From an uncultured Acidobacteriota bacterium (GTDB taxonomy: Bacteria > Acidobacteriota > Blastocatellia > RBC074), in the NCBI GenBank assembly GCA_963796275.1, contig CAWCKY010000004.1, positions 1,408,001-1,472,000 on the forward strand: a stretch of 64,000 nucleotides of DNA. The letters are read 5' to 3'. Under the pieces are notes generated by a model, which saw only the letters and a program-made list of their open reading frames with translations, made no database searches and was not told the DNA's origin. The position numbers and the translations under genes are program-made. Below, piece by piece: positions 11,395 through 21,566 of this stretch; positions within the stretch are counted from its first letter, which is position 1, and each line of letters starts with the position of its first letter.

Positions 11395-11919
11395 ATGATC
11401 GAACTCTACCTGATGCGTCATGGAATTGCCGCTGATCTCGGTGAAGGCGGCGTGTTAAAAGACGCTGACAGGCCGTTGACGCTAGATGGCCGCGCTCGCA
11501 TAAAACAGGCGGCAACAGGGATACGCGAGCTAGCTATTAAGTTCAATTTGATCCTGACCAGCCCTCTGTTACGTTCCCGCCAAACAGCCGAGGCAGTCGC
11601 GGAAGTTCTCGACCTTCAACACAAGGTTAAAATACTCGATTCACTCGCGCCCGGCCGCGCATTCGTCGAGAGCGAGGGAAAGACCGCCGAGATATTTCTG
11701 GAGCTCGGCGCTTATCAATTTGATCGCGCGCTGCTGGTAGGACACATGCCCGATCTCTCGGAGCTCGCTTCCCTTCTCCTCACAGGCAACCGCAATCTCA
11801 ACATCGAATTCAAGAAAGGCTCGATCTGTGCCATCGAAGTCGCCAGCCTTCCGCCGCGCGGCCCCGGGTTATTGCGCTGGTTGATGGCGCCTAAACACCT
11901 CAGGCTTCTCGGAAAATGA
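11395..11919 (+). CDS. sixA: Phosphohistidine phosphatase SixA
   Basis: [30 protein letters not shown]. Confidence 0.88.
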   Translation: MIELYLMRHGIAADLGEGGVLKDADRPLTLDGRARIKQAATGIRELAIKFNLILTSPLLRSRQTAEAVAEVLDLQHKVKILDSLAPGRAFVESEGKTAEIFLELGAYQFDRALLVGHMPDLSELASLLLTGNRNLNIEFKKGSICAIEVASLPPRGPGLLRWLMAPKHLRLLGK

Positions 11920-11923
11920 AATT

Positions 11924-12475
11924 ATGAATCCCTGGCATGCGGTAGAGCTCGGGGTGATGGCTCCCGAGATATTCAATTGTATTATCGAGATTCCGATCGG
12001 ATCCACGGTTAAATACGAGCTGGATAAGCCAACCGGTTTATTGCGCGTAGACCGCGTACTCTTCAGCGCCGTCCACTACCCGGCCAATTATGGCTTTCTG
12101 CCGCGCACGTATTGCGATGACGGCGATCCGCTCGATGTGCTGGTGCTAGGACAGGAAGCAGTCACGCCTTTGTGTATTATGCGCGCCAAAGCCATCGGCG
12201 TGATGCAGATGATCGATCAGAATGAAGAGGACGACAAGATCATAGCAGTCCACGCAGACGATCCCGAATACCGCGATTATCGCGATATTTCGGAACTTCC
12301 CGAACATCGCCTCAAAGCGGTCAGACGATTCTTCGAGGATTACAAGGCGCTGGAGTTGAAGCAGGTGAAGGTGGAGAGGTTTATGGGACGTTTCGACGCA
12401 ATCAATATTATTGAGCGGAGCATCAAGCTCTACGCCGACATGAAGCATGAATTGATCAAACCGACAAGCTATTGA
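11924..12475 (+). CDS. ppa: Inorganic pyrophosphatase (family I)
   Basis: [34 protein letters not shown]. Confidence 0.95.
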   Translation: MNPWHAVELGVMAPEIFNCIIEIPIGSTVKYELDKPTGLLRVDRVLFSAVHYPANYGFLPRTYCDDGDPLDVLVLGQEAVTPLCIMRAKAIGVMQMIDQNEEDDKIIAVHADDPEYRDYRDISELPEHRLKAVRRFFEDYKALELKQVKVERFMGRFDAINIIERSIKLYADMKHELIKPTSY

Positions 12476-12626
12476 AGCCGGCCTGGAAGATCAATATCCC
12501 GTTGTGCAAGATCGAAAACGTCCTTATCAAAATTCAACCGCGAGCGGTTTCATATGCTGCATCCAGCCAGAGCCTTACCAATGAATGTGCCTCGATCCAT
12601 CGAGTAGATTTCTCCTCTGGAGGAAT

Positions 12627-13457
12627 CTATTTTTTACTTTGTTCCAGATAATCTGCCAGCGCAAGGACCATCGGCCCCATCTTGGGATGTGAAGGCTCGA
12701 CAGCCGGCGCTACCCCCAGAGATCGCAAAACCGAAGTGCAGGTCGGGCCGACTGAGGCGATAATGAGCTTCTTCAGAGCTTCTCTCAGTTCTCCCTCCTT
12801 GCCAGCATCGGCCGCGAGCTGGAACAGGTGGCGCGCCTGAATCTGGCTGGTGAAAGCGATGGCATCGAATTCTTCGCTGATGATTTGGTCTATCAGTCTT
12901 TCGAGCGGGCCGATATCTTCCGGCAATCTCCATTCGTAGAGACATAATTCCCGTAACTTCGCACTACGCCCGGTGAGCTCCTGGGCCAGCGTTTCATTGC
13001 GTTCGCCATAGTTCAGAACCGCGACGGTTTTGCCTGCAAGATCGAGCGGCCGTAGCGCCGCGCACAACTCCGCCGTCGTGAACGGTTCTTTCACGCCGTT
13101 GTCCGGTTTCAAGCCGTTCCGCGCGAGAACCGCCGTTGGTTTCGGCCCGCGTGCAACGATCGTCGTTTTTCCCAAGGCTATGAGCAGTTCATCCTTGCGC
13201 TTCAGCCTATCGGCCTCATCAATCAGCCTCGTCACGCCGACGCCCGTCTGGAAAATTATCAGGTCAATCGATCCGGCCGTCAGATCCTCGATCAATGCGT
13301 TGACATCTGCGCTCAACGAGGCGGCATTATCAACCGTTACTTCACGCACTGCCGGCACGCAGATCGGCTCGCCGCCATTTCGGCGAACGAGATTTGCCAG
13401 CTCGCTGTTCATTCGCGCTTCGAGCAGAACAATTTTTGCGCCTGCTAGATCAGCCAT
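12627..13457 (-). CDS. hemD: Uroporphyrinogen-III synthase
   Basis: IFQTGVG, ARGPKP, LYEW.LP, AIAFTS..Q, ASVGPTC, P.HPKMG. Confidence 0.85.
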   Translation of the reverse strand: MADLAGAKIVLLEARMNSELANLVRRNGGEPICVPAVREVTVDNAASLSADVNALIEDLTAGSIDLIIFQTGVGVTRLIDEADRLKRKDELLIALGKTTIVARGPKPTAVLARNGLKPDNGVKEPFTTAELCAALRPLDLAGKTVAVLNYGERNETLAQELTGRSAKLRELCLYEWRLPEDIGPLERLIDQIISEEFDAIAFTSQIQARHLFQLAADAGKEGELREALKKLIIASVGPTCTSVLRSLGVAPAVEPSHPKMGPMVLALADYLEQSKK

Positions 13458-13874
13458 TATTTAAAATCAATCGAGCCTTTCGAATAATCCATGTTCATTG
13501 ACCAAATGCAAGGCAATTCGTGTTACCAATTCGTCCGACGAAATCATATACGCGTTCGAGATACTCCAGTCAATCCTCAAAGATCGAGAGCCGGCAAAAA
13601 ACGAGCATTCCCGATAAACGAAAAACGATCCAGACGAAAAAATAATAATTGATCACTCTCCAGCTCTTCGCCGCCCTGGTCGCATCTACTGTGTTTTCTT
13701 ATACTTAACGTCGCAGGCCGGCAACCGCGTACCGAGAAATTTTTCCGACTATATAATAAACTTTCATCTCTAACTAAACGGCGGTGCGATCCGCCGGAAA
13801 AATTTACAATTGTCTGGCCGCGGCCCCAACGCAAGCGGCCCGCAAACGTCGAGTTAAGGGGAAGCAGCTCAGAC

Positions 13875-14447
<573 letters not shown>

Positions 14448-14471
14448 TGAAAATCGCGGAGAGAGAAAAGT

Positions 14472-15119
14472 ATGAAGAACCAAGATAACCCGACCCCCTG
14501 CGGTCGCAAGGAAGACCTCGTCACCTATCTCTATGATGAAGCGAATGCCGAGGATCGCGCATCTTTCGAGCGCCATCTGGATGATTGCCGTTCTTGCCGG
14601 AGCGAGTTGAACAGTTTTGTCCGCGTTCGCGAAGATCTGTGCGCATGGGAAGTCGGCTTTTTCCCTCACACCGAGATCGCCCTCCCGAAAAATAGGATCC
14701 ATACGCTGCGTGAGTTTCTCAACTTCTTCCCGGCCTGGGCGCGCGGCACCGCATTGACGGCCGCTTCCCTGGCTCTGCTCCTGTTCGCCTTATCGTTCGC
14801 GGGCGCCAGTTTCGGGCAGATCGACGGAATGGGAAATTCTGATTCGGCGATGAATGCGGAACGGGTCGAATCTCTCGTCAAAGAAGCCGTCGCCAGAGAA
14901 CGCGAGCAGATGCGGCAGGAGTTTCGCGCGCAGATGGCTGATTATCGGGAACAGTACAAAACCGAGCACGAGTTGCAGATTAAAGCTCTGTCCGCTCAGC
15001 AAGCGGCAAAACTGGACGCAGTGAAAACCGAGTTGAAGAGATTCAACCGGCAGGAATCCTCCATCCGATCCTTCTTCGCAATGGATGATCCGGACGATCC
15101 GCAGGGAGATTTTCGATGA
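14472..15119 (+). CDS. Zinc-finger (HxxxCxxC) membrane anti-sigma factor
   Basis: FERHLDDCRSC motif, one TM helix, coiled-coil C-terminus; follows the ECF sigma. Confidence 0.85.
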   Translation: MKNQDNPTPCGRKEDLVTYLYDEANAEDRASFERHLDDCRSCRSELNSFVRVREDLCAWEVGFFPHTEIALPKNRIHTLREFLNFFPAWARGTALTAASLALLLFALSFAGASFGQIDGMGNSDSAMNAERVESLVKEAVAREREQMRQEFRAQMADYREQYKTEHELQIKALSAQQAAKLDAVKTELKRFNRQESSIRSFFAMDDPDDPQGDFR

Positions 15120-15886
15120 AAATAAAGACGCGAGGTATTGAATTCCCTGGGCAGCTGAAACGCGTATTCAAGCTGGCGGTGATTTTAGTCGCGCTCTTCA
15201 GTTTCGGAACAGGCGAGCTCGCAGCGCAGAGCGCTCCCATGCAAGTTTTAAAACAGCAGGGGCGAAAGCAGCGCAGACAACAGGAGCGGGCCGCGCGGCG
15301 GATCGAGCAACAGGGAGGAAACAAGCTGGCGCCGGCGGGCGATGCGGAATCCGAAGCGGCTGCCAAAGACCCGGCTCACAAAGTACAAAATAGTTTCGAT
15401 GGCATCAGCAATTCTGATCCGCGCGAGTTCAATCGCAGATTCTTCTCCAACGAAGAGCGTCAGATGGTGATTCTCGGATTCGGCAGGCCGGTTGTCTATC
15501 TGGTTATACTTCGCCAGCTCAATCTGACTGAGCAACAAAAACAGAGCATCAAAGCGATCAGCCAGCGAGTGGGCTTTCAATTGAGAACGCTTCGTCTGCA
15601 ATACGATCAACTGGATAACCAGCTGGAAGAGACGATCTATGGAGAGACCTTCGATCCGAGACAAATCGACGAGCTCTCGGCTCAGGCCGGACAAAAACAC
15701 TCAGCGATCATGAAGCTGCAAGCAGGTATAGAAGCGGAGTTCCGACAGATTCTGACCCCCGATCAACACTACGTTTTCAGACATCTGATAGGCCAGATGC
15801 TGTTGCCGCAGCGCAGGCTGCAGCCAAACCAGAATAGACAAAGAATGCAGCGGCGAATCGGAAGACCGGCGAATCCGGAAGAATAG
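15116..15886 (+). CDS. Spy/CpxP family periplasmic protein
   Basis: Signal peptide; LNLTEQQKQ and ILTPDQ (LTxxQ) motifs; ATGA overlap with the anti-sigma gene. Confidence 0.75.
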   Translation: MKIKTRGIEFPGQLKRVFKLAVILVALFSFGTGELAAQSAPMQVLKQQGRKQRRQQERAARRIEQQGGNKLAPAGDAESEAAAKDPAHKVQNSFDGISNSDPREFNRRFFSNEERQMVILGFGRPVVYLVILRQLNLTEQQKQSIKAISQRVGFQLRTLRLQYDQLDNQLEETIYGETFDPRQIDELSAQAGQKHSAIMKLQAGIEAEFRQILTPDQHYVFRHLIGQMLLPQRRLQPNQNRQRMQRRIGRPANPEE

Positions 15887-15974
15887 TTTTAAGTTTTTAG
15901 TTTTCAGTTTTCTGTCTAAATTGCTGCCACAGTGTCTACCGAGCAACCGAATAAAAACTTAAAACTTAAAACTA
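15884..15974. repeat. Palindrome with heptamer-periodic arms (nAGTTTT / AAAACTn) between convergent genes
   Basis: TAGTTTT AAGTTTT TAGTTTT CAGTTTT ... AAAACTT AAAACTT AAAACTA. Confidence 0.8.
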
Positions 15975-15975
15975 T

Positions 15976-17499
15976 CTATTGTTGTTGTTGATGTTTCTTG
16001 AGCAATTCGACGCCGAAGCGGATCGGGACGCCGAAATTTGTTGTCGCCTGTGAATTGAGCAGGACGGCCTGGTTGATGCCGATCACCTTACCACTACCGC
16101 CGAAGACAGGACCGCCTGAGCCGCCTTCATCGGTGCGCGCATCGTAAACGAGTTGTGGCCCGATGTCGCTGATGTGCCCCTGCGTCGATTGCGGGCGTAT
16201 TTTGGCATGCGCGGCGAGTTCATTAAGCTGAGTACGATAAGACAGGTTGCCATAGCTGCGCGATCCCGCTCGTCCCCTTTCATCTACACGCGCAACCAGT
16301 CCTTCAAGGCCCGCCGGGTACCCTATGAGAACGACGGGTTGTCCGCTGGCGATGCTCTCCCCGCTCTCGTCGAGCGGCAATACAGGTAAATCCGCCGTTC
16401 CCTGCACAAAAGTACAGAGCGCGACGTCATGAGTCTTGGACACCTCGAGCGCGCGCAATGTGAAGGGTTGCCTTGCTTGCGGGAAATAGGCGAGTAATTC
16501 TTTGAGTCTCGGCTCGAAGCCGCGCATCTTGATAATGCTCGCCAGTTCATCAGCCTCCCAGGCGAGGATGACGTGGCGGTTGGTCAGGATCATCTCCTTA
16601 TCGACCAGAAATCCGGTGCCGGTAAATTCGACTTCATAAACACGCCCATTGCCGTCAACGCTTAAGTTCACGTTGCCATCCGGTCCGATCGGGTTTTCCA
16701 TCGCGGTCGGCTCTTTGAACCGCACTTCACGGCCGACTCGCGGATCGACGAAAGTATAAGTGCCGTAAATCAGGCAGACGCCTCGCCCGTAACTGTTGAC
16801 GACTTTTTCGGGCAACGAGAGCGATACGCGTATGATCGCGGCTTCCTCGCGCGCGAGTTGGATTACGCTGCGCAATTTGTCGATCTCCCGGAACTTCTCG
16901 CCCAGTTCGTCAATCGCCGCCGTGTTGCGGCTCCCTACGATATAGTTGAGGATGTTCGATCCGATGATCGTCAGTACGATTAAAACTATGACTCCGGCGC
17001 CCGCGTAAAGGATTCGGCGCGGGATCTCTGCAGCCAGCTCGCGCAGCAATTGCTTGACGAAAACTATCGCGACGTCGGTGCGCGGTAGGCCTCGTCTCCC
17101 GCGCGCTGCATCGATCGATGTATCAGCCGGATCGACATTGGTGAGCGCGGCTGTCTCAAGCCGCAGAGATTCGTAAGAAAATCCTGTGAGCGCAAAGAAA
17201 CGCAGGCGGATTCCGGTTGTGCCGAAATAGAGCGTGTCACCATCCTGAATCGCATCTCCAATCGCAACGCTCTCTCCATCGCGCGTCACCTCTGCCCCCG
17301 GATTGAGGGTGGAGATTCGATAGGCGCCTTCGCGCAACCGCAGCGTCAAGATGAGTGATTCAGGCGGCAGACCCGAATTTCCGCCCTCAAAATTGACATC
17401 ACTATCGACCGCCGTGCCGATCGTGATCACCTCTTGATGGAAAATTCTTGTCGTGGGCCGCTCGACGCCGGCAAGACGTATCACAATCCCATTCATCAT
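15976..17499 (-). CDS. Membrane-anchored trypsin-like serine protease with N-terminal FHA-like domain
   Basis: N-terminal beta domain ending [10 protein letters not shown]; TM helix; GTGFLV, LTNRHV (His), HDVAL (Asp), GGSGGPV (Ser). Confidence 0.8.
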   Translation of the reverse strand: MMNGIVIRLAGVERPTTRIFHQEVITIGTAVDSDVNFEGGNSGLPPESLILTLRLREGAYRISTLNPGAEVTRDGESVAIGDAIQDGDTLYFGTTGIRLRFFALTGFSYESLRLETAALTNVDPADTSIDAARGRRGLPRTDVAIVFVKQLLRELAAEIPRRILYAGAGVIVLIVLTIIGSNILNYIVGSRNTAAIDELGEKFREIDKLRSVIQLAREEAAIIRVSLSLPEKVVNSYGRGVCLIYGTYTFVDPRVGREVRFKEPTAMENPIGPDGNVNLSVDGNGRVYEVEFTGTGFLVDKEMILTNRHVILAWEADELASIIKMRGFEPRLKELLAYFPQARQPFTLRALEVSKTHDVALCTFVQGTADLPVLPLDESGESIASGQPVVLIGYPAGLEGLVARVDERGRAGSRSYGNLSYRTQLNELAAHAKIRPQSTQGHISDIGPQLVYDARTDEGGSGGPVFGGSGKVIGINQAVLLNSQATTNFGVPIRFGVELLKKHQQQQ

Positions 17500-17585
17500 A
17501 GAAACTTCTCTCTTCTCTATGTGAGTTCTAAGAAGATACAATAACATATTGGCGAGTGAGCACGAAATCGAGGGAGAACTGATAT

Positions 17586-18563
17586 ATGAAGGTCAGGATT
17601 GAAGATATTACGCGTGGGGGGCTGGCTATTTGCATTTCATTGATGATCATAGTTCCAACGTTTTCATTTTTACGAGCTATCGGGAAAGATTCTGGTAAAA
17701 AAATACTGGTAGCTCATCGCGGCGCATCGGCCTATGCGCCCGAACATACGCTCGAAGCATACAAACTGGCCATCGAACAGGGAGCGGATTATGTCGAGCA
17801 AGACCTGCAGGTGACGAAGGATGGCGCGCTCGTATGCCTCCACGACCTGACGCTCGAACGAACGACCAACGTCGAGGATATCTTCCCTGACCGTTTCCGC
17901 AATGACATCAGCGAAGACCAGGCTGCCGGCGGTAGCCCGGAAAAACACTGGTATGTCGCTGATTTCACTCTGGCGGAGATCAAAAAGCTCGATGCAGGAA
18001 CCTGGTTCAATGAAAAGTTCAAAGGAGCGACGGTCCCAACCTGGCAGGAGGCTATTGACCTGATTCGCGGAAAGGCCGGGCTTTTTCCCGAAACAAAAGC
18101 TCCTGAAGTATACGGCAGGCGCGGATTGGACATGGAAAAGCTGGTGATCGAGACGCTCAAGAAAAACGGGCTCGATCAGCCCGATGCTGTGAGAAATACA
18201 CCTGTCATCATTCAATCATTCAGCCCCGAGAGTCTGCAGAAACTGAAATTTGATCTGAAGTCGAAACTACCGCTCGTGCTACTCATCCAGGGGGGAACTC
18301 AAAATCAATGGCTGTCGGCCGATGGAATTAAACGGGTCAAAGTTTTCGCCGATGGCATCGGGCCGGCCAAAGGATTGATCGATCGTGAACCCCTCATCGT
18401 CAAATGGGCTCACAACGCAGGTTTGACGGTCACACCCTATACTTTCAGATCGAGCTCCACCGGACGATTTAAAGATGTCCGCGAGGAAATGGACTATTTC
18501 CTGTACAACCTCGGTGTTGACTCCGTGTTTACTGATAATCCCGATCGGTTTCCGCGCCGCTGA
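17586..18563 (+). CDS. Glycerophosphodiester phosphodiesterase (GlpQ/UgpQ family), exported
   Basis: [36 protein letters not shown]. Confidence 0.92.
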   Translation: MKVRIEDITRGGLAICISLMIIVPTFSFLRAIGKDSGKKILVAHRGASAYAPEHTLEAYKLAIEQGADYVEQDLQVTKDGALVCLHDLTLERTTNVEDIFPDRFRNDISEDQAAGGSPEKHWYVADFTLAEIKKLDAGTWFNEKFKGATVPTWQEAIDLIRGKAGLFPETKAPEVYGRRGLDMEKLVIETLKKNGLDQPDAVRNTPVIIQSFSPESLQKLKFDLKSKLPLVLLIQGGTQNQWLSADGIKRVKVFADGIGPAKGLIDREPLIVKWAHNAGLTVTPYTFRSSSTGRFKDVREEMDYFLYNLGVDSVFTDNPDRFPRR

Positions 18564-18651
18564 GGTGGAAAAAAAGTTGGCGGGAAAAAGGGCAATGCAA
18601 AAATAGTCATTTGCTCCTATTGCTAGATTTTCGCCGTTTTTGTTTTCCCGG

Positions 18652-19026
18652 CTATAAAGGCCGGCGTCCGGAGAATCCGGCGTCTACATCGTGCCACCAT
18701 TCAATGCTCTCTTCGCCTCGCTGCCAGCATAGGTAGACTATCTTTCCATCGCGTTCGTGTGGAAAATCGCAGAGGCCGCGCTCAAAGTCCTTGATCTCGA
18801 TGCCGTGCCCGAGTATCTCCTGGATGCCCATCAGGAATTTGGTGAGCGCATCCGCGTACGGCACGCCATAGATCGTGCCCCCTCCGCCTTCAGAAGCACG
18901 CTCGCTGGCACGCTTCACTTCAGGCTCCAACCGTTGGAGGATCGCGGTAGCCTCATCTATCCGCTGGAAGATTCTTCGTACCTCTGGTAATAACGCGTTC
19001 GCTTCTTCTAGTGTGAATAATCTCAT
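18652..19026 (-). CDS. DUF2203 family protein
   Basis: [14 protein letters not shown]...GLCDFP, VYLCW..GE..I.WWH...GF.GR.PL. Confidence 0.85.
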   Translation of the reverse strand: MRLFTLEEANALLPEVRRIFQRIDEATAILQRLEPEVKRASERASEGGGGTIYGVPYADALTKFLMGIQEILGHGIEIKDFERGLCDFPHERDGKIVYLCWQRGEESIEWWHDVDAGFSGRRPL

Positions 19027-19125
19027 TTCAACCTGACTTGTAAGCCCGAATGAGAATCGACGAGGCCATTAGAGCAAGAGCAGCATCGAAAATCAAACAT
19101 CATATGGGGTGCACTGCTAACATAC

Positions 19126-19154
19126 TTGCCTCACTTTCTCGAGAAGAGTACCAT
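19126..19154 (+). promoter_or_regulatory. Candidate sigma-70 promoter for the 19233 gene
   Basis: TTGCCT-17 bp-TACCAT. Confidence 0.4.
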
Positions 19155-19232
19155 TAGCGCGGCTTGTAACAGTTACGCAAGTTGCCACCCCTAATGCGTT
19201 CTTTGACTAAAGAAAACGTCGAGGAGGTTACA

Positions 19233-20021
19233 ATGTTGAGACGAGTTCTCCCATTCAGCTGTATACTTTTCTTCTGCCTCATCACATTCTACACCGCTGT
19301 TAGTTTCGGCCAGACAAGCGGACAGAATCCGGCAGCCAACCAACAGAAACCGGCCGATCCCGAAGGCGCTGAGCTCCGGGAGCACAAGACTATTCTCGCG
19401 GTAGAAACCAAAAGTTCGGAACATAAATCGATCATTCCCGAAGGAACCGAACTTCAATTGGAATTGAAAGACCCGCTCAGTTCGAAATTGAGCGAGCCGG
19501 GAGACCTTGTAACCGCCGTACTTCGCCGCGAGGTCGTAGTCGATGGCTATAAATTACTGCACGAAGGCACGGAATTCATCGGTCGAGTGACCATGGCGAA
19601 GCCCGCCAAGCGGCCTCTGAAAGGCGGCCAATTACATCTCACCTTCGAAAAAGTGCGGATAGACGGTCAGGAGCAGAAGCTTTATTCGGTAATAAAATCT
19701 GCTTCCGACTTCACACGCGACGAGAAGGTTACGGGCGATAGCGAAGGCACACTCAAAGGCGGCACAGATGGCGGAAAAGTCGTGGATAACATCGTAACCG
19801 CCGGAACGCTCGGTGGTATCGGGGCTTCAATCATTATCCTTTCGAGCATCGGCAGGGAGAGGGGGATTGGAGGCATCAGCCGAGCTGCCGCGATTGGAGG
19901 CCCCGCAGTCCTTGGCGGCAGCATTGTTGCGGGAATTTTGTTGACCAAAGGCAAGGAAGTCCGGCTCGACAGGGATACCATCATCAGACTGAAGCTAGAA
20001 AAAGCGCTCGCGGTCGAATGA
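19233..20021 (+). CDS. Secreted hypothetical protein (TrbI/VirB10-like beta domain, glycine-rich hairpin)
   Basis: GAGGAGG SD; signal peptide; IPEGTEL.L.L...LSS, GRV..A, L.L.FE, TKGKEV.L...T.I motifs. Confidence 0.6.
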   Translation: MLRRVLPFSCILFFCLITFYTAVSFGQTSGQNPAANQQKPADPEGAELREHKTILAVETKSSEHKSIIPEGTELQLELKDPLSSKLSEPGDLVTAVLRREVVVDGYKLLHEGTEFIGRVTMAKPAKRPLKGGQLHLTFEKVRIDGQEQKLYSVIKSASDFTRDEKVTGDSEGTLKGGTDGGKVVDNIVTAGTLGGIGASIIILSSIGRERGIGGISRAAAIGGPAVLGGSIVAGILLTKGKEVRLDRDTIIRLKLEKALAVE

Positions 20022-20044
20022 TATCTGCATTAATGGAAAATCTG

Positions 20045-20094
20045 ACACGAAGACGCAAAGGGGGATATATCTTTGCGTCTTTGCGCTTTTGCTT
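20045..20094. repeat. Palindrome with octamer-periodic arms; homolog at 36323
   Basis: ACACGAAG ACGCAAAG - loop - CTTTGCGT CTTTGCGC TTTTGCTT. Confidence 0.7.
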
Positions 20095-20153
20095 CGAAAA
20101 AACTTCGTATTTTACTTCGTATCTTGTGTGCCCCCTTTTAGTTGAGGGATAAG

Positions 20154-20933
20154 ATGAGACTCAAAGATCGTGTATGCATAATCACAGGAGGCGGCCGGGG
20201 ATTGGGACGAGATATGGCTCTGGCATTTTCACGAGAGGGCGCGCACATAGTCGTCTCAGGCACTACGGAATCGGCCGTCAATTCGACTGCGGCCGAAATA
20301 CGGGCAAAGGGAGCCCGGTCTATTGCCATCGTCTGCGATGTCTCAGATGAGGAAGCGGTGGGACACATGGTCGCGGCGACGGTGCGAGAATTCGGGACCA
20401 TCGACGTCCTGGTCAACAACGCCGGGATCATCGGCCCGACAGCGGTTGTGACTGAGGTGAGCCGTGAAGATTGGGATCATACGATCGCCGTAAACCTGAC
20501 CGGAGCTTTCCTCTGCGCGAAGGCAGTCCTGCCCCATATGGCCGAGCGAGGGCGTGGCAAAATCATCAATATCTCGTCGGTCGCTGGCCACAAGGGATAC
20601 CCGCTGCGCAGCCCATATTCCGTCTCGAAGTGGGGAATGATCGGATTGAGTCAGACACTGGCGGCCGAATGGGGTCGCTATAATATTCAGGTCAATACGA
20701 TCTCACCTGGTCCCGTGCGCGGCGATCGAATGGATGAGGTGATACGCCGCCGCGCCGAACAATCTGATCGCCGGATCGATGATGTAGCTCGCGAATATCT
20801 GGTCAAACTGGCGCTCGACCGCTTCGTGGAGCCGGATCACATCGCGGCTACTGCCGTGTTTCTCGCCTCAGGAGAGAGCGACAGCATTACGGGTGAGGTG
20901 ATACAGGTTTCGTCGGGGTACGGGTTGACGTGA
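20154..20933 (+). CDS. SDR family NAD(P)-dependent oxidoreductase
   Basis: TGGGRGLG, LVNNAG, NISS, YSVSK. Confidence 0.92.
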   Translation: MRLKDRVCIITGGGRGLGRDMALAFSREGAHIVVSGTTESAVNSTAAEIRAKGARSIAIVCDVSDEEAVGHMVAATVREFGTIDVLVNNAGIIGPTAVVTEVSREDWDHTIAVNLTGAFLCAKAVLPHMAERGRGKIINISSVAGHKGYPLRSPYSVSKWGMIGLSQTLAAEWGRYNIQVNTISPGPVRGDRMDEVIRRRAEQSDRRIDDVAREYLVKLALDRFVEPDHIAATAVFLASGESDSITGEVIQVSSGYGLT

Positions 20934-21006
20934 GAATCGGTGCCGCAGCGGAATTGATTTTCCTACTATGAAAAAACCAAGAGCATTGAAGGAGGATTGA
21001 AAAAAT

Positions 21007-21492
21007 ATGGCAAGCGAGTCGAAATCAAACGAGCTGAAAGTCGGAGACGCAGCTCCCAGCTTCAGCCTGAAAAACACAGAGGGTGAGACAGTCAAGCTCT
21101 CGGATTACAAAGGCAAGAAAGTCGTGCTCTATTTTTACCCGAGGGACATGACGCCGGGTTGCACGAAAGAGGCCTGCGGTTTCCGCGACGATTTTGCGCA
21201 GCTAAAGAAGCGCGGCGTCGAGGTGATAGGCGTGAGCGGGGACGATCAGGATTCCCACCAGAAATTTACCGAAAAGTATTCCCTGCCATTCACACTGCTC
21301 TCAGACCCCGATCACGAGATGATGGAGAAATATGGCGCGTGGGGCGAGAAGAATTTGTATGGGAAAAAGTCGATGGGCGTCCTGCGAATCACATACATCA
21401 TCGACGAGGAGGGAAAGATCGCGCACTTGTTCAAGAGAGTTAAGACCGATACGCATAGTCAGGATGTTTTGAAAGTGATCGATGCGATGTGA
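21007..21492 (+). CDS. bcp: Thioredoxin-dependent thiol peroxidase Bcp/PrxQ
   Basis: [21 protein letters not shown]. Confidence 0.93.
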   Translation: MASESKSNELKVGDAAPSFSLKNTEGETVKLSDYKGKKVVLYFYPRDMTPGCTKEACGFRDDFAQLKKRGVEVIGVSGDDQDSHQKFTEKYSLPFTLLSDPDHEMMEKYGAWGEKNLYGKKSMGVLRITYIIDEEGKIAHLFKRVKTDTHSQDVLKVIDAM

Positions 21493-21511
21493 AGACAAGT
21501 GACGCGAACAG

Positions 21512-21552
21512 AAAAAAATAGCGGAGGCTCTTTGACCTCCGCTATTCTTTTT
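21512..21552. terminator. Bidirectional intrinsic terminator between bcp and the TonB receptor gene
   Basis: A-run, AATAGCGGAGG - 8 nt loop - CCTCCGCTATT, then CTTTTT. Confidence 0.8.
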
Positions 21553-21566
21553 AGTTCCGAGACAGA

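Noticed and set aside
13458-13874. Long hemD-ECF divergent gap as an ncRNA or small ORF
   Set aside because: Only short hairpins are present; no recognisable RNA family or convincing ECF promoter could be fixed by eye.
20051-20080. GACGCAAAG resembling the c-di-GMP-I riboswitch motif
   Set aside because: The upstream GGCAAAC/GNRA P2 elements are absent, and the motif is one arm of an octamer-repeat palindrome.
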